DNA from: Candidatus Kapaibacterium sp.
GTDB lineage: Bacteria > Bacteroidota > Ignavibacteria > Kapaibacteriales > UBA2268
NCBI GenBank assembly: GCA_963665665.1
Contig: OY762428.1
Span: 3,488,001-3,552,000 of the forward strand
DNA length: 64,000 bases
Direction of reading: 5' to 3'
Of the stretch, positions 35,337-43,899 are shown in pieces. The notes beneath the pieces are model-generated. The model had not been told where the DNA came from. It was given only the letters and a program-made list of their open reading frames with translations, and searched no databases. The position numbers and the translations under genes were made by a program. The first letter of the stretch is position 1, and the number at the start of each line of letters is the position of its first letter.

Positions 35337-35906
35337 TTATGAAAAGTATTTAGGTGGAGGGTTGGGAACTTCAATGTGATTTTGAAGAGTTTTACATGAA
35401 AAGTTGTTATATTCTATTTGTTGAAAAAATTCATTGTTTTTAATTTCGGTAATGGAAATAAATTGATCAGCTTGGGATTTGATATTTAACTGCCTGAATG
35501 ATTTTCCTTCACTGCTGTAAACTATACCGATGGATTCCCTTACAATATTTTCAACAGCAGCTATCAGTCGCGTTTCCCGGACATCGTGATAGCAGTGGTA
35601 TGTTATGCTGTCGCCATGTTTTTTCTTGCTAATGATATCATACATTTCACCCTGGAAGCGGAATTCTTTTGAATGTATGAATTGCAGATCGGGATTGTTG
35701 TCAAGATCATTCAAGTGAAAAGTTAGAAGTTTTTGTTCTTCAGGATAATTGAATGTTTGAATATTTTCAATTTCGATCCGAGCCTTATTACTAATAATCC
35801 TACGCAACAAAAAATAGGCAGCCGGAACGAAAATTATCTCGAACAGCAGAATAGTGATAAATAATATGGATAAGGTTCTTTTCAAATTTAATTTTCTTAC
35901 TTTCAA
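35337..35906 (-). CDS. Membrane protein ending in a PPP motif, directly upstream of the TBDR
   Basis: N-terminal TM, KEFRFQGEMYDI...HCYHD, C-terminal EVPNPPPKYFS. Confidence 0.7.
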   Translation of the reverse strand: MKVRKLNLKRTLSILFITILLFEIIFVPAAYFLLRRIISNKARIEIENIQTFNYPEEQKLLTFHLNDLDNNPDLQFIHSKEFRFQGEMYDIISKKKHGDSITYHCYHDVRETRLIAAVENIVRESIGIVYSSEGKSFRQLNIKSQADQFISITEIKNNEFFQQIEYNNFSCKTLQNHIEVPNPPPKYFS

Positions 35907-36002
35907 TATATTGCCGGCTGATTAAAGCCAACAACAAAAATATCATTAAAATAAATACGAAAAAAATCCTAATTTGTGATATTTAATTTTTGAGCAAATC
36001 AA

Positions 36003-36893
36003 ATGAATTTCATTGGTGAAATAAGCGCCCTGGCTACGGCTGTTATCTGGTCGTTTTCTTCTTTTCTGTTTACGGGCGCTGTTGTCAGGGTCGGGGCAGT
36101 ACAACTTAATATTGCCAGGATGATACTGGCTTGTGTTTTGCTTACAATAACAATTCCCCTGCTGGATATTTCTTTCGATGTTAGTTCAACTCAAATATTA
36201 CTGCTATCTATTAGTGGTTTTGTGGGCTTAGTTCTGGGGGATTCCTTTCTTTTCAAATCATTTGGAGAAATCGGCCCGAGAATCGGTTTGCTTGTAATGT
36301 CGTCAAATCCAGCTATAGCAGCTCTTATGGCCTACTTCATACTGGGCGAGGTGCTATCTTTTTGGGGTATTCTGGGAATGATAGTTACTCTGACAGGTAT
36401 TTCAATTGTAGTACTTGACAAAAGGGCAAATGCAGAGAATAAATTCCCAATAACTCGTAAGGGCGTGATCCTGGCATTTCTTGCGGCTATGGGGCAGGGG
36501 TCAGGCCTGATATTTGCAAAGATGGCGTTTCTTGAAGGCGATATAAACAGCTTTATGGCAACATTTGTCAGGCTTGCTTCTGCCGTTGCTATCATGCTGC
36601 CGGTTGCTATTATAGCAGGAAAATATAAAAACCCATTCAAGATATTCTCAAAGGATTTGAAGGCGCTTGGTTATACTGCCGGAGCATCTGTACTTGGGCC
36701 ATATCTTGGGATAACCTTAAGTTTTATTGCAATTATCTATACAAAGGTAGGAATTGCTTCCACCCTGATGTCAACTATGCCGATAATAATGCTGCCGTTG
36801 TCTGTAATTTTTTATAAGGAAAAACTTGGCTGGCGTGCTGTACTCGGGGCTTTTACAGCCGTGGGCGGTATAGCAATGCTATTTTTGGTGTGA
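36003..36893 (+). CDS. DMT/EamA family transporter
   Basis: Ten hydrophobic segments in two EamA repeats (ILGE.LS, FYKEKLG). Confidence 0.9.
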   Translation: MNFIGEISALATAVIWSFSSFLFTGAVVRVGAVQLNIARMILACVLLTITIPLLDISFDVSSTQILLLSISGFVGLVLGDSFLFKSFGEIGPRIGLLVMSSNPAIAALMAYFILGEVLSFWGILGMIVTLTGISIVVLDKRANAENKFPITRKGVILAFLAAMGQGSGLIFAKMAFLEGDINSFMATFVRLASAVAIMLPVAIIAGKYKNPFKIFSKDLKALGYTAGASVLGPYLGITLSFIAIIYTKVGIASTLMSTMPIIMLPLSVIFYKEKLGWRAVLGAFTAVGGIAMLFLV

Positions 36894-37015
36894 GAAATTT
36901 ATTACAGAATTAAATCATCAATCAAGTCGATTTATTTTGCTGAAATAAAAAAAAAGCCCTGCAATTATTTCTGCAAGGCTTTTTAAGTCATTGTAAATCT
37001 CCGCTTTACAATTTG

Positions 37016-37089
37016 TCGGCGTGACTGGATTTGAACCAGCGACCCCTACAACCCCAATGTAGTGCGCTACCGGGCTGCGCCACACGCCG
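37016..37089 (-). tRNA. tRNA-Pro(GGG)
   Basis: Revcomp CGGCGTGTGGCGCAGCCCGGTAGCGCACTACATTGGGGTTGTAGGGGTCGCTGGTTCAAATCCAGTCACGCCGA. Confidence 0.95.
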
Positions 37090-37148
37090 AACCCTTTTTC
37101 AATAGATTACAAATTTACGGAGTTTTTTGTTCGAAAACAAAAATAATT

Positions 37149-37715
37149 TTAAAAATCGAAATATTTTTCTGCCAGATCGCTTAGTTCCACGAAAGCCCTG
37201 TCAATGTTGTCATTAACAATAACATGGTCAAACTTATCAGCAAAAGACAATTCCATCTCTCCTCTTGCCAGCCTGTTGGCAATTTGTTCGTCCGATTCTG
37301 TACCCCGTTTTCTCAATCTTCGCTCAAGTTCTTCAACAGAAGGAGGTACAATGAATATCAGAAGGCTGTCGTCAGGGTAATGTTCGCGAATGGATAATGC
37401 CCCTTTAACATCAATATCAAACAAAAGAACGAAGCCTCCGATAATAGCTTTATCTATTTCACTTTTCAGAGTGCCGTAATAGTTACCAAATATTTCTTCG
37501 TATTCAGCAAGTTCGCCACGGCTAATTCTTTTTTCAAAGTCTTCCTTAGTCAGGAAAAAGTATTCAATGCCGTATGTTTCTCCATGACGTTTTTTTCTTG
37601 TAGTAGCGGATATCGAGAACTGCATATCCGGGAATTTTTTGAAGAGCCTGCGGGCAAGGGTTGATTTACCGCCGCCGCTTGGCGATGCTATTACAATAAG
37701 TTTCTTTTTATTCAT
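37149..37715 (-). CDS. gmk: Guanylate kinase
   Basis: SPSGGGKST, SATTR, YYGT, DIDVKGA, PPS..ELE.RL..RGT. Confidence 0.97.
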   Translation of the reverse strand: MNKKKLIVIASPSGGGKSTLARRLFKKFPDMQFSISATTRKKRHGETYGIEYFFLTKEDFEKRISRGELAEYEEIFGNYYGTLKSEIDKAIIGGFVLLFDIDVKGALSIREHYPDDSLLIFIVPPSVEELERRLRKRGTESDEQIANRLARGEMELSFADKFDHVIVNDNIDRAFVELSDLAEKYFDF

Positions 37716-37730
37716 ATCATCTAATCCTGA

Positions 37731-40475
37731 TTAATCGATCATTTCTTCCAACAATTTATCCTGCTTTTTCTTTTTCATATCATTCAAAATCATTTTCAGA
37801 TTTTTATTGTTGCCATTTATAATACAAAAATATATTTTCCTGCGGACATTTGCTACTAAGCTGATAAAATATTCAGGCAGTTTCTTTTTTAGTGATGAGC
37901 TTACCTTTATTTTATTGATGCTTTTATAAACTGCGTCAGTTCCGGCCTGATTTCCTGACAATGTAACAACAGATTTGAAATCCTCAAAATTAATACTCTC
38001 CTGTTTCAGAATATTATTTAATACAGTAGTCCTGACAATATAAGAGCTGTCTGCCAGGCCATTGGCCAGCCCGTTATTGAAATTTGAAAACCTGTATGCG
38101 TTGGCACGGACAAAATGGTGCTCATCACCGAGCATCGTTTTTAAAAATTTATCCTGATCCTGCCCCAAAAGGCCGCTCAAACCTGATAACCGCAGCAGGT
38201 AATCATCGGATGTAAGCAATTTTTCATACTTAGCCGATGAAATATCTTTTCCGCTGAGTTTAAGAATCTTCAAAGAGTTGGCTGCTACCCGGAAATCATT
38301 AGTATTGATAAGATCATTCAGAATTGTTCCGGAACTGTCAATTGATTTGAATAAACCTTTCCGGGCTATATCATACAATAACTCAACTTCATAACCCTCT
38401 GATGTTGCCAGGAAATTTTTCAGCTGATCGTTACTGAGTCTATCACGAAAATTAAAATTATTCTGAACCGGGCTGTTTCCGTATTTAATTTCTGAAATAT
38501 ATTCTGAAAATTCCCTGTAGGTTTCAGGCGAAGTATGATTTTTACCGGCAGGGCAATTTGCAATGCAAGATACTGTAAAAACAGGATCGAAATACTTATA
38601 AAGCTCTTTTGCGTTTGATATGATATTTGCATCTGCAGGGGCTGTATTGGGCTTTGTATGAACCAATCTGAAACCCGGGATATTGATATTACAAAACATT
38701 GGAGCCGGGAATTCGGAATAATATTTTATATCCGAAAAAGAATTATTACCAATTTGGTCACTGAAAACAGAGAATGAATATTGGCTGGTGTATCCCGTGG
38801 AATTTATTGCTGAATGATACTGATCGTCGCCGGATTCATCAATAAATCCGGAGAAAGAAAGATCGACAGAGCATCCCTGGGCAAATCCGTCAGAAAAGAA
38901 CATGTCATTGCCGCTTTTATCTATCAGCAATGCAATTGATGACCTGCCGGCAGCAGCCTGGCTGAAGGCTCCGGCACGATAATGGTCTCTGCCGTCAAGA
39001 TCGCAAAGAGCGCCAATACTATGCCAGTATGCCGCACCCTGGCTGTACAGCCCTGAAATATAATTATCATTGCCGCTGTAATCCAATAGAAGCCCGATTC
39101 CGCCCGAGGCTTTGTTTTGATACCCCGAGGCTGCACCCTGGCAGAATGATAATAAATGTCCGGCTTCACCCGATTTTCTGTTCTTGGGGCCGGTGGAAAT
39201 ATAAGTGTCATTACCGGAGAAATCAACGTTGGCGCCAAAACCTCCGGTGAATCCAAATCCCTGAGCCATTGAACGGGATTTGTAAACATCTGTACCACCT
39301 TCGTCTATCAGCAATCCGAAACCAAAAGCTCCGAACCCGGATGAGCAGGAAAGCGAGGAATAAATATCATTTCCATCAAAATCCATTAATAGCCCAAAGC
39401 CCATTATTCCTGAGCCAAGTGAAAAATTTCCGGCTGAATAGGAATCATCACCCTCGTAATCTAAAAGTATATTTATTCCAAAGGCAGCTCCTCCAAAAGA
39501 ATAGTCTCCTCCGATATAAGCGTCACTTCCCGAAAGGTCTATAATCATTCTTACAGGGTTAAGTAGTACGGACTTTTTATCTGAATCCGAAAATATATAA
39601 GTGTCATTGCCTCCAACATCAATTATCAGGACGAAATTTCCTTTATAAGTATCATCTCCCGGCCCACCCAGGGCTACTTTGCCATAAGCGGTTTCAATAA
39701 TCCCGGTTTTAAGTTCTCTGTAAATATCGCTGTTGCTGATTGTCAGTTTATTCAGCTCAAGCAATCTTTTATATATTGATACCGCTACATTAAAAATATC
39801 GGATCTTTTTGCGTTGGCGGCATTATTAAAGAAATTATCGCAGCAGTCCGGCTGCCTGATCTTATTAATGAACTTAGGCCCTGCACCCATTTCCAGCCCC
39901 ATGGGGTTAAGGATAGAATCCGCCTGGATCAAAAAAGAATATGACTTGTCAATATCACTGAAAAGAATATCTTCTTCCAGTAGATCATTGGAAAGAAATA
40001 GAATTGAAAGATATTGCCGGAGAAGATTGGTTTCAGTCATACCGAGAGCAGAATCAATATTTATTCCCGCCTTAGATTCAATATATTTAAGCGGAAGGGC
40101 TTCAAAATCATCATAAATTTTATACGGCTTAAAATCAAGCAGCGCAAGATTTCCGGCAGGAAACCCGGCGCTAAGCATTTTTCTGAATTTCGCTGCCTGG
40201 TTTTCCGGGAAAGACAAAGAGCCGAGAGGGTCAGTAAGGAATTGATTTATAATTTTTAGCCTGTGGATATCATTCTGATGATAACCCGGATGAAGGTTGA
40301 GATCACCCGTGGCAGGATTGAATTTGTTTTCAATCGAATCCCGGATATTTGAAAAAGAATATGGATGAATTGCAAAAAATATTGATAATAATATTAAAAA
40401 TAAATGCGAGCCTGTTCTCAGATTTTTCATAATTATTCCGAATTTGCCTGTCATATACCAATCAGCCGGAATCAA
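37731..40475 (-). CDS. Large hypothetical protein with D-x-x-G-x-D-x-Y repeats and HEAT-like C-terminus; likely start ~40430
   Basis: Repeats such as DVGGNDTY, DLSGSDAY, DYEGDDSY, DFDGNDIY, DFSGNDTY, DKSGNDMF. Confidence 0.7.
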   Translation of the reverse strand: MIPADWYMTGKFGIIMKNLRTGSHLFLILLSIFFAIHPYSFSNIRDSIENKFNPATGDLNLHPGYHQNDIHRLKIINQFLTDPLGSLSFPENQAAKFRKMLSAGFPAGNLALLDFKPYKIYDDFEALPLKYIESKAGINIDSALGMTETNLLRQYLSILFLSNDLLEEDILFSDIDKSYSFLIQADSILNPMGLEMGAGPKFINKIRQPDCCDNFFNNAANAKRSDIFNVAVSIYKRLLELNKLTISNSDIYRELKTGIIETAYGKVALGGPGDDTYKGNFVLIIDVGGNDTYIFSDSDKKSVLLNPVRMIIDLSGSDAYIGGDYSFGGAAFGINILLDYEGDDSYSAGNFSLGSGIMGFGLLMDFDGNDIYSSLSCSSGFGAFGFGLLIDEGGTDVYKSRSMAQGFGFTGGFGANVDFSGNDTYISTGPKNRKSGEAGHLLSFCQGAASGYQNKASGGIGLLLDYSGNDNYISGLYSQGAAYWHSIGALCDLDGRDHYRAGAFSQAAAGRSSIALLIDKSGNDMFFSDGFAQGCSVDLSFSGFIDESGDDQYHSAINSTGYTSQYSFSVFSDQIGNNSFSDIKYYSEFPAPMFCNINIPGFRLVHTKPNTAPADANIISNAKELYKYFDPVFTVSCIANCPAGKNHTSPETYREFSEYISEIKYGNSPVQNNFNFRDRLSNDQLKNFLATSEGYEVELLYDIARKGLFKSIDSSGTILNDLINTNDFRVAANSLKILKLSGKDISSAKYEKLLTSDDYLLRLSGLSGLLGQDQDKFLKTMLGDEHHFVRANAYRFSNFNNGLANGLADSSYIVRTTVLNNILKQESINFEDFKSVVTLSGNQAGTDAVYKSINKIKVSSSLKKKLPEYFISLVANVRRKIYFCIINGNNKNLKMILNDMKKKKQDKLLEEMID

Positions 40476-40766
40476 TAATATTCCTGCGGTTAATATACAA
40501 AGAATTTTGAAAAATGAACAATTAAAGATTTGAACTCCTTGCTATGGCAAAGTAAAAATCACATAGCTTCCCGGCCTTAGCAACGTCAAAATCAATAGCC
40601 GGGTGCTTTGTCTCGTGGATAAATATGCCCTGAACGGAGGCAAAGAAAGAAAACCACCCCTATAATCCCCTCCTCCGCGAGGAGGGGACAAGAAGTTCAA
40701 TATCAAAGAATTAACTCCCCATCCTTCCGAAGGAGGGGGCCGGGGGTAGGTAGGAAGGGTCTATGG

Positions 40767-41460
40767 TAATGCACCGTTGTTTGATTCTATTGTCGCCTTG
40801 GTCGAAGTCATTGCTGCCTTGTTCGGAAGCAAAGTACTGATGTTAGGAGTTATTGCTGCCTTGTTCGGAGTCATTGTCGCCTTGGTCTAAACCATTGCTA
40901 CCTTTTTCTTCTTCAAAGCCCTCTCCTTCGGGGAGGGTTTGGGAGGGGTCGGAGCCATTGCTGCCTTGTTTGAAGATAATGACGCCTTGTTCGGAAGCAA
41001 AGTACTGATGTTTGAAGTCATTGCTGCCTTGTTCAGAAGCAAAGTACTGATGTTAGGTGTTATTGCTGCCTTGTTCGAAGTCATTGACGCCTTGTTCGGA
41101 GTCATTGCTGCCTTGTTCAGAGGCAAAGTACTGATGTTAGGAGTTATTGCTGCCTTGGTCGAAGTCATTGATGCTTTGGTCGGAGTCATTGATGCTTTGT
41201 TTGAAGTCATTGCTGCCTTGTTCAGAGGCAAAGTACTGATGTTTGAAAGTATTGTCGCTTTGTTCGAAAGCATTGTCGCTTTGGTCGGAGTCATTGATGC
41301 TTTGTTTGAAGTCATTGCTGCCTTGTTTAGAGGCAAAGTACTGATGTTAGGAGTTATTGCTGCCTTGTTCGAAAGCATTGTCGCTTTGGTCGGAGTCATT
41401 GATGCTTTGGTTGGAGGCAAAGTACTGATGTTTGAAGACATTGCTGACTTGTCCCGAAGT
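40767..41460 (-). repeat. 21-bp tandem array B (~30 units, interrupted by a REP hairpin at ~40912-40950)
   Basis: Plus-strand units such as GGAGTCATTGCTGCCTTGTTC and AGAGGCAAAGTACTGATGTTA. Confidence 0.9.
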
Positions 41461-42028
41461 AATGATTGCTTGTGTAGCGTTGAAATCCGGAATATTTAAC
41501 TGATTGTATTATTTACAATACTTAAATAATAAAATATATCATAAGAATTAGTAAATATTTAAGCGTTTGTAATAAATATATTTATCAGATTATTAAATAA
41601 TCATATAGAATTACAATATTAATAATATATCTAATCAAATAAATAATTCATCCAAGTCATTAATTACTATTTCCTATAAATTCTTCTTCTTTTTTTATAA
41701 AATATATTAAGTATCCAAGTATATATTTAATTATTCTAACAAATTAGATATACTGATTAATTAATAGGTTGAAATTGATATTTAATAATTCATAAAATCA
41801 ATTTAATAAATCATACCAATTATTTAATAATATGTATAATTTATTTAGTTATTCATATAAAAAGTTTAGTTAGATGAACTATATCAAGGCTTGGATATAT
41901 TATATAATTTATTATAAATACTATATATTTAATATAAATAGTATAATATTTAATATTTTGAAATAAATATTTGATTATCAATTCTATCTATAGACTATTC
42001 TCATCTCTATCTTTGGGATTTCAATGCC

Positions 42029-42595
42029 AAACAAGCAATCAATAAGGCGGAACAAGCAATCAATAAGGCGGAACAAGACATCAATGAAGCAGAACAAGCG
42101 AGCAATGAAGCAGAACAAGCGAGCAATGAAGCAGAACAAGACAGCAATAAGGCAGAACAAGCAATCAATAAGGCAGAACAAGACATCAATAAGGCGGAAC
42201 AAGACATCAATAAGGCAAGACAAGCAATCAATGAGGCGGAACAAGCAATCAATAAGGCGGAACAAGACATCAATGAAGCAGAACAAGCAATCAATGAAGC
42301 GGAACAAGACAGCAGTAAGGCGGAACAAGCAATCAATGAGGCGGAACAAGCGAGCAATGAAGCGGAACAAGCAATCAATGAGGCCAAACAAGCAATCAAT
42401 GAGGCCAAACAAGTAATCAATGAAGCAGAACAAGCCGTCAATGAGGCGGAACAAGCAATCAATGAAGCGGAACAAGCAATCAATGAAGCGGAACAAGACA
42501 TCAATAAGGCAAGACAAGCCGTCAATAAGGCGGAACAAGCCGTCAATAAGGCGGAATAAGCAATCAATGAAGCAGAACAAGCCGTCAATGAGGCG
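42029..42595 (+). repeat. 21-bp tandem array A, 27 units
   Basis: GAACAAGCAATCAATAAGGCG / GAACAAGACATCAATGAAGCA variants; 567 bp = 27 x 21. Confidence 0.92.
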
Positions 42596-43268
42596 GAACA
42601 TTGCTGCAATAGCTTCGGCCAAGGCAACAATATATTCAACCATCGGGGCTTTGCTTTCGACCCCTCCTACCTTCCTCCGGCTCCCTACTTCGGAAGGAGG
42701 TGGAGTTAATTCTATGATGTTTAACTTCTTATACCCTCCCGATGTAGGAGGGGTGCCCGAAGGACTGGAGTGGAAAACAACTCGAAGATACCTAACAATA
42801 AAAATGGATGCTCTTGTAAACAGATTTCCGGACGGGGTTTGAAAGCATAGAATTACCTGGAAATCCTCCCCCGGCCTAACGGCCACCCCCTCAATGAGGG
42901 GAACATCAGAACAAAAACGGCACTGTCCACCGCCGGCCCCGATATATTCCCGATAAATCGGGACAGGCCGGGGTGTTTTTCTTTTCTTTCTTTTGGAACC
43001 TTGCATCTTTATCCACGAGATAGAGCATGTGGCTATTGAATTTGACGAGGGTTGGGGTGCATTTCATCCTTAAGCTGAGCTTTATAATTCCAATGTTGAA
43101 CTTTGTAGGAAATAATCAATCCCAATTATAACTTGGAAGGAGGGAAAAAGATTATAATCAAGATCATTTCGCATTTATCCCAAAAAAATTTTGAAATAAT
43201 AAAAAAAATGAGGAACTTTTTGAATCAGTTGTGACTCTTATTATGGAGAGAACAAAATAAGGTTTGAA

Positions 43269-43850
43269 ATGGGTAATGAAAATCAACAGGAAGTTTTCCT
43301 TGGTTTGCTTGAAAATGTGAACGACGACCTCGGCAGGTTCGCGGAAGCTATGACCGGAGATTACGATGAAGCAAAGGATATTGTCGGCGAGACAATCCTT
43401 CGCGCCTACGAATCTTTCGGGAAGATACGCGACCACGGGGCGTTCAAAAGCTACCTGTTTTCGATAGCCTCACGCCTTTTTAAACGAAAGAAACGAAGGC
43501 TGAAAATATTCGGAGAATACAACGAGGATGCCGCCGCCGAGATACCGGCCACAGGCGCTTCGCCGGAAACGGAAACAGATATAAAGTTCCTTTACAGCAT
43601 ACTTGGCCGCCTGCCGGCAAAGCAAAAGGAAGCTGTGATATTGTTCGAAATATCCGGTTTCCAGCTTGAAGAGATCAGGCAAATCCAGGGTGGAACTCTA
43701 TCGGGAGTAAAATCCCGGCTCAGAAGGGCAAGGGAAAACCTTGCTGAAATGATTAAAGATGATGAAAGCAGGGCTGAAGAGTCCGGAGCTTTCGGAAAAA
43801 GGAAAAACGGTACCGCTTATCCATTGCCGCATAGGGAAGTAACCGGTTAA
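43269..43850 (+). CDS. ECF RNA polymerase sigma-70 factor
   Basis: Region 2 DEAKDIVGET..FKSYLFSIASR; region 4 LPAKQKEAVIL..EEI..GVKSRLRRAR. Confidence 0.92.
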   Translation: MGNENQQEVFLGLLENVNDDLGRFAEAMTGDYDEAKDIVGETILRAYESFGKIRDHGAFKSYLFSIASRLFKRKKRRLKIFGEYNEDAAAEIPATGASPETETDIKFLYSILGRLPAKQKEAVILFEISGFQLEEIRQIQGGTLSGVKSRLRRARENLAEMIKDDESRAEESGAFGKRKNGTAYPLPHREVTG

Positions 43851-43899
43851 TTTCCCACGGCACGAAGCAATTTATGCTTTTTTTTGAAGGACATGAACG

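Larger units (their letters stand above)
40584..43047. mobile_element. Composite dispersed element, copy 2, bounded by 45-bp imperfect terminal inverted repeats (non-autonomous; mobility not shown)
   Basis: IRs at 40584-40628 and 43003-43047 (38/45 by hand); order IR-REP doublet-array B-AT core-array A-REP doublet-IR. Confidence 0.65.

Noticed and set aside
37016-37089. tRNA-Pro as an island integration site
   Set aside because: No integrase and no duplicated tRNA 3' end seen; flanks are ordinary genes (gmk, EamA)
40887-43006. Listed ORFs over the arrays (40887-41441, 40939-41499, 41984-43006, 42007-42639, 42024-42842, and 11805-12291 in copy 1) as genes
   Set aside because: They overlap in multiple frames and strands, are low complexity and start inside REP or array sequence; not annotated as CDS without expression data
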